Of a DNA stretch of 64,000 nt, positions 28,688 to 40,182 are shown piece by piece. How positions within the stretch are numbered: position 1 is the stretch's first letter; each line of letters starts with the position of its first letter. Under the pieces are notes generated by a model. The model saw only the letters and a list, made by a program, of their open reading frames with translations. It did not search any database and was not told the origin of the DNA. Source of the stretch: Candidatus Liminaster caballi. GTDB lineage: Bacteria; Bacteroidota; Bacteroidia; Bacteroidales; UBA3663. Location: assembly GCA_018065085.1 (NCBI GenBank), contig JAGHUA010000006.1:12963-76962 (forward strand), in the 5' to 3' direction. The position numbers and the translations under genes were made by a program.

Positions 28688-30052
28688 ATGAAAAGAATTG
28701 CTGTTTTAGGTGGAGGCGAGAGCGGTGCCGGTGCTGCTGTGCTCGCCAAGGTGAAAGGCTTTGATGTATTTCTGAGCGACATGTCGCCAATCAAGGATAA
28801 GTATAAGGAATGGCTGGACAAATGGCAGATTCCCTACGAGGAAGGCCATGCCCATACAGAGGAACTGATCCTAAATGCCGATGAGGTGATCAAGAGTCCG
28901 GGCATTCCGCTCACGGCTCCTCTCATCGTCAAGCTGATGAAGCAGGGCACGCCTGTCATCTCTGAGATTGAGTTTGCTGGCCGTTATACGAATGCGAAGA
29001 TGATCTGCATCACAGGTTCTAACGGTAAGACCACAACCACAATGATGACCTACCATATTCTCAAGGAGGCAGGTCTGAACGTAGGTCTGGCAGGTAATGT
29101 GGGCAAGAGCCTCGCCCTTCAGGTGGCAACAGAGCATTTCGACTACTATGTCATCGAACTGTCATCATTCCAGCTCGACAATATGTATGACTTCAAGGCC
29201 AACGTGTCGGTGATCATGAACATCACTCCTGACCACCTCGACCGCTATGACCATGAGATGCAGAACTACATCGATGCTAAAATGCGCATCCTCCAGAACC
29301 AGACGGAGGACGATCACTTCATCTTCTGGAACGAGGATCCGATCGTCACCAAGGAGATTGCCAAGCGCCAACCGCTGCAGATGAAGCTCATCCCATTCAC
29401 CGGACGCACCGTCAAGGAGATGGGTCATCCACTCACTCCCGGCGCCTATATCAAGGACGGAAAACTCGTCGTGGATCTTGCCGACCAGATGATCGACATT
29501 GATGTGGACGATCTCCCATTGCCTGGCCCACACAACCTCTACAACACCATGGCAGCCACAATCTCGGCAGGATTGTCGGGCATCAAGAAGGAGGCCATCC
29601 GCAAGGCTCTGATGAGCTTCAAGGGCGTGGAACACCGTCTGGAAAAGTGCGGCAACGTCGATGGCGTGGAATATATCAACGACTCGAAGGCCACGAACGT
29701 CAACTCATGCTGGTATGCCCTTATGTCGATGACCAAGCCTACCGTGCTCATTCTCGGCGGCAAGGACAAGGGCAACGACTACACCGAGATCGAGGAACTG
29801 GTGCGCGAGCGTTGCACGGCTCTCGTCTATATGGGCCTGCACAACGAGAAGCTGCATGACTTCTTCGACAAGATGGGCAAACCCGTGGCCGACGCACTCT
29901 CGATGCGTGAGGCACTGGAGAAATGCCGCGCGTTCGCCAAGCCGGGCGATACCGTGCTACTCTCGCCATGCTGCGCTTCGTTTGACCTCTTTAAGAGCTA
30001 TGAGGATCGCGGTGACCAGATGAAGGCCATCGTCGCTGAATGGCAGAAATAA
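28688..30052 (+). CDS. murD: UDP-MurNAc-L-Ala:D-Glu ligase
   Basis: GGGESG, ITGSNGKTTT, ELSSFQL, NDSKATN and LLSPCCASFD. Confidence 0.97.
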   Translation: MKRIAVLGGGESGAGAAVLAKVKGFDVFLSDMSPIKDKYKEWLDKWQIPYEEGHAHTEELILNADEVIKSPGIPLTAPLIVKLMKQGTPVISEIEFAGRYTNAKMICITGSNGKTTTTMMTYHILKEAGLNVGLAGNVGKSLALQVATEHFDYYVIELSSFQLDNMYDFKANVSVIMNITPDHLDRYDHEMQNYIDAKMRILQNQTEDDHFIFWNEDPIVTKEIAKRQPLQMKLIPFTGRTVKEMGHPLTPGAYIKDGKLVVDLADQMIDIDVDDLPLPGPHNLYNTMAATISAGLSGIKKEAIRKALMSFKGVEHRLEKCGNVDGVEYINDSKATNVNSCWYALMSMTKPTVLILGGKDKGNDYTEIEELVRERCTALVYMGLHNEKLHDFFDKMGKPVADALSMREALEKCRAFAKPGDTVLLSPCCASFDLFKSYEDRGDQMKAIVAEWQK

Positions 30053-31329
30053 ATTATATCCTGACAATGCCGACCGACAACAATAACATAAAAGCTGCAC
30101 GCAACGACAGTCGCGACCGTTCATTTCTCAGTTCGCTGATGGGTGGTGACAACTGGATCTGGGGTACATACTGGATCCTGGTGTTCATCTCCATTGTGGT
30201 GAGCGCCAGCGCATCGAGCACCCTTGCCTACAAGCAGATCACCAACGACAATCCGCTGGCCAAGCACACCACATACCTGCTGGTGGGATTTATCATAAGC
30301 ACGCTGCTCGTTCAGAGCCTCACTCGCGTCAAGGTTTCTTATGCCGTCTTGGGTGGAGTCCTATGCTACATCGGCGGTATGATCTTGATGTGCCTGCTTC
30401 CGTTCTTCGGACACGCCCATCAAGGTGCCGCACGTGAGATATTCGGCATCCAACCTGTAGAAATACTAAAGACCGGCACCTTAATCCTGCTTTGCAAACT
30501 GATCACGATCGAAGATTCTACCTATTCCAGATTCTCATGGTTCAAGGTTCACACCCAGGGACGACGCTTCATATTACTTTTGGTGATAGTCGGTCTGGCA
30601 GCACTCCCCATCGCCATCCAGAACCTTTCGTCGGCTCTGATTCTCATCATCGCGGCCTTCGGCATCATGTTTGCTGCCCAGCTCAAGCCCAAATACATGT
30701 GGAAGACAGTCTTCTGGGGATTAGTGGCTGGCGGTGCCATGTTGGCTGCTCTTGGCGGTCTTCACATGATCAACAGCGACAAACCAGATCACAGGACCGA
30801 CCTAGGCCGTTTTCTGAACCGTGCCAACACTTGGGAGAGCCGAATATTCGACAGCGGCAGCGACATCCCTTTATATGAGCAGCGCATCGGCGACAAGAAC
30901 CGTCAGGTCATCTATGCCCACATGGCCATAGCCAACAGCAATGCGACAGGACGTTTCATCGGCGAGAGCCAGTTGCGTGACTATCTGCCGGAGGCATACT
31001 CTGACTATGTCTATTGCATCATCTTCGAGGAGATGGGAGTGCTTGGCGGCATGCTGGTGATGAGCCTCTATTTCCTGCTGTTCATCAGATGCTACTTCCT
31101 GTCGAAGCAGACCAACGATCAGCTGAAACGGTTGCTCATGATAGGTCTGCCATTGGCCATCATCGTGCAGGCACTCATCCATATCGGTGTATGTACGGAT
31201 GCGATGTTCGTGACCGGTCAGCCATTGCCGCTCATCAGCAAAGGCGGTATGTCGGCGGTGATGACAACCGTCATCTTCGGAATCCTGGCAGGTCTAAGTC
31301 ACAACATCAAACGCGAGAAAGAGGCATAG
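30040..31329 (+). CDS. ftsW: SEDS family peptidoglycan glycosyltransferase FtsW
   Basis: Multi-TM; IQPVE, LPEAYSD and TGQPLPLISKGG; position in the dcw cluster. Start may be 30067. Confidence 0.9.
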   Translation: MAEINYILTMPTDNNNIKAARNDSRDRSFLSSLMGGDNWIWGTYWILVFISIVVSASASSTLAYKQITNDNPLAKHTTYLLVGFIISTLLVQSLTRVKVSYAVLGGVLCYIGGMILMCLLPFFGHAHQGAAREIFGIQPVEILKTGTLILLCKLITIEDSTYSRFSWFKVHTQGRRFILLLVIVGLAALPIAIQNLSSALILIIAAFGIMFAAQLKPKYMWKTVFWGLVAGGAMLAALGGLHMINSDKPDHRTDLGRFLNRANTWESRIFDSGSDIPLYEQRIGDKNRQVIYAHMAIANSNATGRFIGESQLRDYLPEAYSDYVYCIIFEEMGVLGGMLVMSLYFLLFIRCYFLSKQTNDQLKRLLMIGLPLAIIVQALIHIGVCTDAMFVTGQPLPLISKGGMSAVMTTVIFGILAGLSHNIKREKEA

Positions 31330-31380
31330 CCCCAAAAGAAACAATATTCAGATTTACACATTATATATAATATATATAGG

Positions 31381-32493
31381 ATGAAAGTTCTAATCAGCGG
31401 AGGCGGCACAGGCGGACATATCTTCCCTGCCGTATCGATTGCAAACGCCATCAGGCAGAAGTTGCCCGACACGGAGTTCCTGTTTATCGGAGCCCTGGGT
31501 CGCATGGAGATGGAGAAAGTTCCTGCCGAGGGTTATCCGATTGTCGGACTGCCCGTGCGCGGCTTTATCCGTCCGTTGTTCCATCCTGGCAACATCAAGG
31601 TGCTGTTCGATCTTCTGACCAGCATCCGCAAAGCCAAGAAGATTATACGCGACTTCAATCCGGATGTGGCTGTAGGCGTCGGCGGCTATGCAAGTGCGGC
31701 TGCGCTGAAAGCAGCCAATGCCCTGGGTGTGCCTTACGTCCTGCAGGAACAGAATGGTTTTGCCGGCGTGACCAATCAGAAGCTTGCACGCAATGCCCGC
31801 AAGATTTGCGTGGCTTATCCTGGCATGGAACGTTTCTTCCCTGCCGACCGACTGGTGATGACGGGCAATCCTGTACGCCAGAAGCTGCTCGAATGCACTG
31901 CCACACCGCAGGAGGCACGTCTTGCCCTCGGCCTTGATCCTGACCGCAGGACTATCTTCGTCACCGGTGGCAGCCTTGGCGCCCGTAGCGTCAACAATGC
32001 CGTTTGCGCAGGTCTGCAGAAGTTTGTCGATGCCGGCATTCAGGTGCTGTGGCAGACAGGCAAGGCCGACGGCGACAAATGGGAAAAGGCGGTCAATGCC
32101 ACAGAAGGTGCATCTGCCCTCATCCACCCTACCGTCTTTGTCAGCGATATGGCAATGGCCTATCGTGCCGCTGACGTGGTAATCTCTCGTTCGGGTGCAG
32201 GCGGCGTCAATGAAGTCTGTCTGCTTGGCAAGGCTGCAATCTTCGTGCCTCTGCCCACAGCAGCCGAGGATCATCAGACGGCCAATGCCCGTACGCTTTC
32301 CGACCGCAATGCTGCTATCCTCTGTCCTGACAGCGAGGCTCCGAAACGTCTGGTGGACGATGCCATCGCCCTTGTCAATGATAAGGATCGCATCCGAATG
32401 TTCGAGGAGAATGCCCAAAAACTCGGCCGGTTCGGTGCGGCTGAGACAATTGCGGATATTGTGATTGCGGAAAGAATAAAGAATAAAGAATAA
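31381..32493 (+). CDS. murG: Lipid II GlcNAc transferase
   Basis: GGGTGGHIFPA, GGYAS, EQN, GNPVR, GGSLGA and DHQTANA. Confidence 0.98.
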   Translation: MKVLISGGGTGGHIFPAVSIANAIRQKLPDTEFLFIGALGRMEMEKVPAEGYPIVGLPVRGFIRPLFHPGNIKVLFDLLTSIRKAKKIIRDFNPDVAVGVGGYASAAALKAANALGVPYVLQEQNGFAGVTNQKLARNARKICVAYPGMERFFPADRLVMTGNPVRQKLLECTATPQEARLALGLDPDRRTIFVTGGSLGARSVNNAVCAGLQKFVDAGIQVLWQTGKADGDKWEKAVNATEGASALIHPTVFVSDMAMAYRAADVVISRSGAGGVNEVCLLGKAAIFVPLPTAAEDHQTANARTLSDRNAAILCPDSEAPKRLVDDAIALVNDKDRIRMFEENAQKLGRFGAAETIADIVIAERIKNKE

Positions 32494-32497
32494 AACA

Positions 32498-33934
32498 ATG
32501 GCAACATATAAGAACATTTATTTCGTTGGTGCAGGTGGCATCGGAATGTCAGCACTTGAGAGATACTTCAATGAGAACGGTTACAAGGTTGGCGGATATG
32601 ACAAGACTCCGTCGCCTCTCACCGAGACTTTGATCAAGGAGGGAATACAGATCCACTTCGAGGATAACATCGATGCCGTGGATGCTGCGTTCAAGGATCC
32701 AGAACAGACTCTGGTTTGCTACACTCCTGCCATTCCGAAAGATCATGGCGAGCTGTGTTTCTTCCAGCAGAACGGTTTTGAGGTTGTGAAGCGCAGCAAA
32801 CTGCTGGGCATCATCACCCAGACGAAGCGCGGTCTCTGCTTCTCGGGCACTCACGGCAAGACCACAACATCATCTATGGCAGCACATCTGCTCAAGCAGA
32901 GTCACGTCGATTGCAATGCTTTCCTCGGCGGCATCCTCAAGCCATACGACTCGAACCTTATGCTGTCGGCTCGCAATGCCGACGGTCAGGAGAAAAGCGA
33001 CCTGACGGTAATCGAGGCCGATGAGTTCGACCGTTCGTTCCATACGCTCTCGCCATATATGGCAGTCATCACAAGCTGCGACCCTGACCACCTTGACATC
33101 TATGGCACGGAGGAAGCCTATCGCGAGTCGTTCGCACACTTTGTCTCGCTGGTACGTCCCGGCGGATTCCTGCTCAAGCATAAGGGTGTGAACGTCGATT
33201 GTTCGCGTCTCAACAGCGAGGCCCGCTATGCCGAATACAGCAGCACAGAGGAGGCCGATTACTATGCGACAAATATCCGCATCGGCGGCGGCACGATTCT
33301 TTTTGACTACGTTGCCCGTGCCGAAGGCATCACGATGCGCGACCTTGAGGTAGGCGTGCCTGTGCCGATCAATGTCGATAATGCCGTGGCTTCGCTCACC
33401 ATCGCCATGCTCTGCGGCTGTGAGGAGGAGGAACTGCGTGCGGCTCTCAAGAGCTTCGGCGGAGCCAAGCGTCGATTCGACTTCTATATCAAACGTCAGG
33501 ATCTGGTGCTGATGGACGACTACGCACACCATCCCGATGAGATCCGCGCAAGTCTCACATCCGTGGCTCGTCTGTTTGAGGGCAGGAAGGTCACCGTATG
33601 TTTCCAGCCACATCTCTACAGTCGCACACACGATCTGGTCGATGGCTTTGCCTCTGCCCTCAGCATTCCTCAGCGCACCATCCTTCTGCCTATCTATCCT
33701 GCCCGCGAGCAGCCGATTCCAGGCGTTACCTCCGAATGGCTGTTGGGCAAGATCCAGGACACGGACAAGGCATTGGGCAAGAACGATGCCGAACGATACA
33801 TCAAGACCAAGGACGAACTTGTAGGACACCTCACAGAACTGCGCAAGAAGGGCGATCTGGACGTGGTGGTCATGATGGGTGCAGGCGTTGACATCGAACG
33901 ACTCGTGGCTCCTGCCAAGGCTGCACTCGAATAA
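32498..33934 (+). CDS. murC: UDP-MurNAc:L-Ala ligase
   Basis: GAGGIGMSA, GTHGKTTT, EADEFDRSF, DDYAHHP and FQPHLYSRT. Confidence 0.97.
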   Translation: MATYKNIYFVGAGGIGMSALERYFNENGYKVGGYDKTPSPLTETLIKEGIQIHFEDNIDAVDAAFKDPEQTLVCYTPAIPKDHGELCFFQQNGFEVVKRSKLLGIITQTKRGLCFSGTHGKTTTSSMAAHLLKQSHVDCNAFLGGILKPYDSNLMLSARNADGQEKSDLTVIEADEFDRSFHTLSPYMAVITSCDPDHLDIYGTEEAYRESFAHFVSLVRPGGFLLKHKGVNVDCSRLNSEARYAEYSSTEEADYYATNIRIGGGTILFDYVARAEGITMRDLEVGVPVPINVDNAVASLTIAMLCGCEEEELRAALKSFGGAKRRFDFYIKRQDLVLMDDYAHHPDEIRASLTSVARLFEGRKVTVCFQPHLYSRTHDLVDGFASALSIPQRTILLPIYPAREQPIPGVTSEWLLGKIQDTDKALGKNDAERYIKTKDELVGHLTELRKKGDLDVVVMMGAGVDIERLVAPAKAALE

Positions 33935-33985
33935 CATTCGCTAAAATTTTGATTGTCCTCGAACGAATTATAAACATCTCACAAC

Positions 33986-34744
33986 GTGCTTAAGACAATA
34001 TTCAAGACCATCGGAGCGACCCTGCTTATTGCCTATCTGGCGGTTGCCGGTTTCATCTGGAACATCGGCACGCCCGACCGCACCTTCAAGCAGGACAAGG
34101 ACATACGCCAGTGCGTCAAGGTGGTGATATGCGACTCTGCCGAGCTTTTCCTCAACGACAAGGATATCTATCCTATTGTCTGCCAGGATTCGCTCGACCC
34201 TCGCGGCAAGCTCATCGACCAGTATAATTGCCAGCGCCTGAAGGCTGCACTGATGCGCAACACGCTCATCGAACGCGCCGACTGCTATCCGACACCCGAC
34301 AGTCTCCTGCGCATCGACATCTACCAGCGCCACCCTATTCTGCGCGTCAAGAGTCAGTTGCTCAGCAATGACTATTATGTGGACGTCAACGGCGAAATGA
34401 TGAGATACAGGAAGAGCAATAAGGCCGTCAATGTGATGCTTGCCACCGGTCATATCACCAAGGAGATGGCCACAACGGGATTGTTCGATCTCGTCAGGTT
34501 TATCAACGGACACCGCCGTTGGCGCGATGAATTCACTCAGATCTATGTCGAACCGAACGGCGACGTACGTCTGGTGCCACGCAAGGGCGACCACACCGTC
34601 CTGCTCGGTCCTGTCTCTGACCTCGACTCGAAGTTCGCACGCCTCTACACATTCCAGAAAAAGGTACTCGACGTGAAAGGATGGAACTCATACAAGACGC
34701 TCAGCCTAAAATACAAAGGACAGGTTGTAGCCGAGAAATATTAG
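33986..34744 (+). CDS. ftsQ: Cell division protein FtsQ/DivIB (GTG start)
   Basis: N-terminal TM, QRHPILRV, C-terminal LKYKGQVV; lies between murC and ftsA. Confidence 0.85.
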   Translation: MLKTIFKTIGATLLIAYLAVAGFIWNIGTPDRTFKQDKDIRQCVKVVICDSAELFLNDKDIYPIVCQDSLDPRGKLIDQYNCQRLKAALMRNTLIERADCYPTPDSLLRIDIYQRHPILRVKSQLLSNDYYVDVNGEMMRYRKSNKAVNVMLATGHITKEMATTGLFDLVRFINGHRRWRDEFTQIYVEPNGDVRLVPRKGDHTVLLGPVSDLDSKFARLYTFQKKVLDVKGWNSYKTLSLKYKGQVVAEKY

Positions 34745-34772
34745 AATCAAATCAAAAAAAAACTACACATAT

Positions 34773-36059
34773 ATGACCAAGACACTAACAGCCGCCATAC
34801 AGTTCGGTTCGTCGCGCATCTCTGCCGCAGCAGCATGGATCGATGACGATGGCAACTGCGAGGTTGCAGCAATAGAAAGTACTCCGACCGATGGGTGCAT
34901 ACGCCATGGTTACGTCATGGCTGTCGATGATACAGCCGTCCGTATCAAGAGCCTTCTGCAGAAGTTGAGCAACAGACTCAAGGCTCAGGGTTCGGGACAG
35001 ATCACAGCCGCATACGTAGGCATCTGCGGCATGTCGATGCGTTCGATGGAACATCATCCTTCACTCGTTGCCGACGAGAGCGGCGAGGTAACGCAGGAGA
35101 TGATCGAAGCCCTGCGCGAACAGAGCATGCAGTTGACCGTGCCTGGATACGAGATCCTCGGCATCAGCAGTTGCGGACACTTCATCCAGGATCAGCAGCT
35201 CACCGCCCATCATCAGCTTATCATTGCCGAAAGCCGTCTCTGTCAGGGCTATAGAGCTGCAATGGAAAAGGCTAAGATACGCATTGCCGGCATCATTGCC
35301 ACTCCTCTTATGGTGGGCGACATCCTTACCAACGAGGAGAAACAGAATGGCTGTCTGCTTGTCAACCTCGGAGCCCAGCTCACCACAGTTTCTGTCTATG
35401 CCCAGGGTTCGCTGCGCAAGCTGACCGTACTTCCGTTGGGCGGCGACTCTGTGACTGCCGATATTGCTTCGAACGGTCTGAGCCGATTCGATGCCGAGAA
35501 CATCAAGCAGAACTGGAGCGACGCATCACGTATGGCTGTCACCGAATCGACTGCATCGACCGCCATCATGGCTTGCCCTATTCCGATCAAGGAACTCAAC
35601 GTCATCACAGCCAGCCGCTACGAGGAGATTGCCATCAACATCATGGCGCAGGTCGAGAAAAGCGGTTACAAAGGCATGCTCAATGCCGGCTGTGTGCTCA
35701 CTGGCGGCGCATCGTTGCAGAAAGGCCTTACCTCCCTGCTCAGCAAGCGTCTCGACATGTCGCACATCAGCACCCGCAGCTGCAACACCATCCGCTATGG
35801 ATCGTCTGAGCGAAAGCCTCATCTATCCTCGCTCATGTCGATGCTGAAGGTCTGCACGGAGTCATGCGAACAGTCTGCTCAGCCTGCTGCCGATCAGCAT
35901 GCCGAACAGAAACCAGCTCCTACACCAAAACCAAAGACCGAGCCTAAGCGCCCGGAGAAGAAAGCTGACAGCAGCGGCATCACCTTCTCACGCCGCACGG
36001 CAGCAGCCGGCATCAGAGGGTTCTTTGACGACCTCTTCTCGGGCATTGACGAAAACTAA
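34773..36059 (+). CDS. ftsA: Cell division protein FtsA (divergent)
   Basis: Actin-fold motifs (IQFGSS, CIRHG, VNLGA, LGGDSVT, VLTGG), C-terminal amphipathic helix GIRGFFDDLF; directly upstream of ftsZ. Confidence 0.9.
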   Translation: MTKTLTAAIQFGSSRISAAAAWIDDDGNCEVAAIESTPTDGCIRHGYVMAVDDTAVRIKSLLQKLSNRLKAQGSGQITAAYVGICGMSMRSMEHHPSLVADESGEVTQEMIEALREQSMQLTVPGYEILGISSCGHFIQDQQLTAHHQLIIAESRLCQGYRAAMEKAKIRIAGIIATPLMVGDILTNEEKQNGCLLVNLGAQLTTVSVYAQGSLRKLTVLPLGGDSVTADIASNGLSRFDAENIKQNWSDASRMAVTESTASTAIMACPIPIKELNVITASRYEEIAINIMAQVEKSGYKGMLNAGCVLTGGASLQKGLTSLLSKRLDMSHISTRSCNTIRYGSSERKPHLSSLMSMLKVCTESCEQSAQPAADQHAEQKPAPTPKPKTEPKRPEKKADSSGITFSRRTAAAGIRGFFDDLFSGIDEN

Positions 36060-36088
36060 GTCTCAACAATAATATTCATCAGAAATAT

Positions 36089-37600
36089 ATGGAAGATCAA
36101 GACAATACAATACAGTTCGCTTACCCCGAAAATGAACAGCCGACACAAAGCATCATCAAGGTGGTGGGCGTCGGTGGCGGCGGTTCGAATGCTGTCGAGA
36201 ATATGTATAAGGAAGGCATTCAGGATGTCACTTTCCTCATCATCAATACCGATGCTGCGGCTTTGCGCAAATCCTCCGTGCCTAACAAGCTCGCCATCGC
36301 CGAACTCGGAGCAGGCGCTGTTCCCCAGGTTGCTCATGACTATGCTATCGAGCATGAGGATGAGATCCGTCAGGCTCTTGACGATGGCACACGCATGGTT
36401 TTCATCACCGCCGGCATGGGTGGCGGCACAGGTACTGGAGCCTCGCCTGTCGTGGCTCGCATCGCCAAGGAGCTGGGCATCCTCACCATCGGCATCGTCA
36501 CTATCCCGTTCCGTTTTGAGGGTCGTCCGAAGATCCAGATGGCTCTCAAGGGCGTGGCTGAGATCAGAAAGCATGTCGATGCGCTGCTGGTGGTCAACAA
36601 TGACCGTCTGACTGAGATCTATGCCGACCTGACGTTCTTCAATGCGTTCAAGAAGGCAGACGACACGCTTACCATCGCCGCCAAGAGCATATCCGATATC
36701 ATCAACATCACGGGTTACATGAACCTCGACTTTGCCGATGTTGAGCGCACTCTCACAAACAGCGGCGTGGCTCTTATCTCGACCGGCGAAGCAAGCGGCG
36801 AGAACCGCGTAACAAAGGCTATCAATAATGCCATCACCTCTCCACTGCTTCAGGACAACGAGATCACCAAGGCCAAGCGCCTTCTTTTCGAGCTCTGCTT
36901 CTCAAGTACCAATCCGGTGTCTATGGCCGAGATGAACGAACTCAACCTCTTCGTCGAGAACCTGCGCGAGGACATCAAGGTCATCTGGGGCGCCATGGAG
37001 GACGATACGCTCGGCGATAGCGTGCGCATGATCATACTTGCTGCCGGTTATGACATGGAGATTGATGAACAACAGGCCAGGACCGTTGCCTCAAAGTCTG
37101 AAGAGACTCCTGCGGCAGAAGAAACTACTCCTGCAGTAAAGGAAACTCCTGCAGTAGAGGAAACTCCAACAGTAGAGGAGTCAGCCCCGGCCGAGGAAAC
37201 TCCTGCCAAGGAAGATGCTCCTATTGCCGAGGAAGAACCAATCGCAGAGGAGGAACCGGCTGTCGAGGAGGAGCCTGTTACTGAGAAAAAAGCCCCTGTT
37301 GAGGAGCCCGCCAAGCCTGAGTTTGTCATCGAACAGACCGACGATGTTCAGAAAGGCCTGGAAGAGATCAGCAAATACTATGGTGCTGAGACAGCCGACG
37401 AAATGCGCATGGATCAGATTCGCCGCAACTACTACAAGCTCGATGACGCAGACCTTTCGAACGAGGAACTTGTCTCGATGCTCGAAAAGATGCCGTCATA
37501 CAACCGTACCGCCGAACAGCTCGGCGAACTGAAAGCCGTATCGAAGCGCAACACCATCGCTCAGACTCCAGCCAGCAACGACGGCACGATTCCGTTCTAA
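36089..37600 (+). CDS. ftsZ: Cell division protein FtsZ with a long acidic linker
   Basis: GVGGGGSN, tubulin signature GMGGGTGTG, PFRFEG and T7 loop NLDFADV. Confidence 0.98.
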   Translation: MEDQDNTIQFAYPENEQPTQSIIKVVGVGGGGSNAVENMYKEGIQDVTFLIINTDAAALRKSSVPNKLAIAELGAGAVPQVAHDYAIEHEDEIRQALDDGTRMVFITAGMGGGTGTGASPVVARIAKELGILTIGIVTIPFRFEGRPKIQMALKGVAEIRKHVDALLVVNNDRLTEIYADLTFFNAFKKADDTLTIAAKSISDIINITGYMNLDFADVERTLTNSGVALISTGEASGENRVTKAINNAITSPLLQDNEITKAKRLLFELCFSSTNPVSMAEMNELNLFVENLREDIKVIWGAMEDDTLGDSVRMIILAAGYDMEIDEQQARTVASKSEETPAAEETTPAVKETPAVEETPTVEESAPAEETPAKEDAPIAEEEPIAEEEPAVEEEPVTEKKAPVEEPAKPEFVIEQTDDVQKGLEEISKYYGAETADEMRMDQIRRNYYKLDDADLSNEELVSMLEKMPSYNRTAEQLGELKAVSKRNTIAQTPASNDGTIPF

Positions 37601-37654
37601 AACGGTCCGCAGCCGAAGTCCTCATTCCTTTTAAAAACTATATTAACAACATAA

Positions 37655-39265
<1,611 letters not shown>

Positions 39266-39311
39266 TCTTGCTGCGCTGCCTACCAGCTAAACTTACTAAT
39301 CAAAAAATATT

Positions 39312-39357
39312 TTCTGAGGGCTTCCTAAACATTGGGAGGTCCTCAGAACTTTTATTT
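39312..39357 (+). terminator. Intrinsic terminator after the ABC-F gene
   Basis: TTCTGAGGGCTTCC...GGAGGTCCTCAGAA hairpin followed by CTTTTATTT. Confidence 0.65.
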
Positions 39358-39544
39358 CAACGGTTACAAACTCTTGGCAAATCCTCACAAACTTTTTGTC
39401 AGCATCTCATAACACTTGGTAAGTCTTGAAAAAAGTTATAAAAAACATTCCAAGTATACTTGTGATGTAAAAAATCAAATTTTCGACACTCCCAGGAAAG
39501 CGGTAATGATAAAAATCATTTTTTTGCTAAAAAATATATTTCTG

Positions 39545-39998
39545 CTATTTCCCGAACAACTTTGTGAACCATTTCTTGACTCTGGGAAGCAAGGATGAAG
39601 TATCAGAGTGTTCGTCTGCAAGGCGATTAGAATAATGCCACATTGGGCATTCTTTACTCAAAAGCCAGTCGATGACTTGTGGCGCAGGTTTTTTGAGTTT
39701 GATGATAGGATCAATGAAGAACAACTCGCCACGATCATCCTTCAGGACGTTCATACTTAATGAAAAGACCATTTGCTTTTGCGATTGAAATCAAGCGCTG
39801 GCATTCTGCTTCCTCCGAAGCTCGCGAATAATACTCCCAAGCTCCATTCTGTTGATTGGTGCCTGGCGCTGTAAACACAGATATACGGCTTCTATCGCTA
39901 TCTGCCTGTCGCTGACGGGAAGACTGTCCACCCAAAGACTGACCGGCAGATTGCTGCCTACCATCATAATCTGATCTATGCTTTTGTCCATTTTTCAT
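39545..39998 (-). pseudogene. Internally deleted remnant of a polyvalent-protein-type kinase-like gene
   Basis: N-terminal piece ...EEAECQRLISIAKANGLFI is followed out of frame by the kinase C-lobe-like NVLKDDRGELFFIDPIIKLKK. The central lobe is missing. Family assignment is from memory of such proteins. Confidence 0.55.
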
Positions 39999-40016
39999 CG
40001 GTTGTATTTTGCATTG

Positions 40017-40046
40017 CAAAGATAAGACATAATTTCGAATTTCAAA
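40017..40046 (-). promoter_or_regulatory. Putative promoter upstream of the kinase-like remnant
   Basis: -7 TATCTTTG (40024-40017) and TTTG at 40046-40043. Confidence 0.5.
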
Positions 40047-40118
40047 AAAACTATAACTATTTTAAATCAGAGTTTAGTTGTTTATTTATAGAATTAACTC
40101 TTTTTGATAAATAGACAT

Positions 40119-40153
40119 AAAAAAAATCAGCGCCCCCGAAAGGGAGCGCCGAT
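40119..40153 (-). terminator. Intrinsic terminator after the orphan SusD
   Basis: Minus strand reads ATCGGCGCTCCC-TTTC-GGGGGCGCTGAT followed by a T-run. Confidence 0.85.
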
Positions 40154-40182
40154 TTTATTTTGTTCATAAGAACGACGGCAGA

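Noticed and set aside
31361-31378. TA-rich run upstream of murG as a contingency repeat
   Set aside because: Short and interrupted; consistent with an ordinary AT-rich Bacteroidetes translation-initiation region.
25785-33934. Absence of murF and ddl from the dcw cluster
   Set aside because: Normal arrangement in Bacteroidetes.
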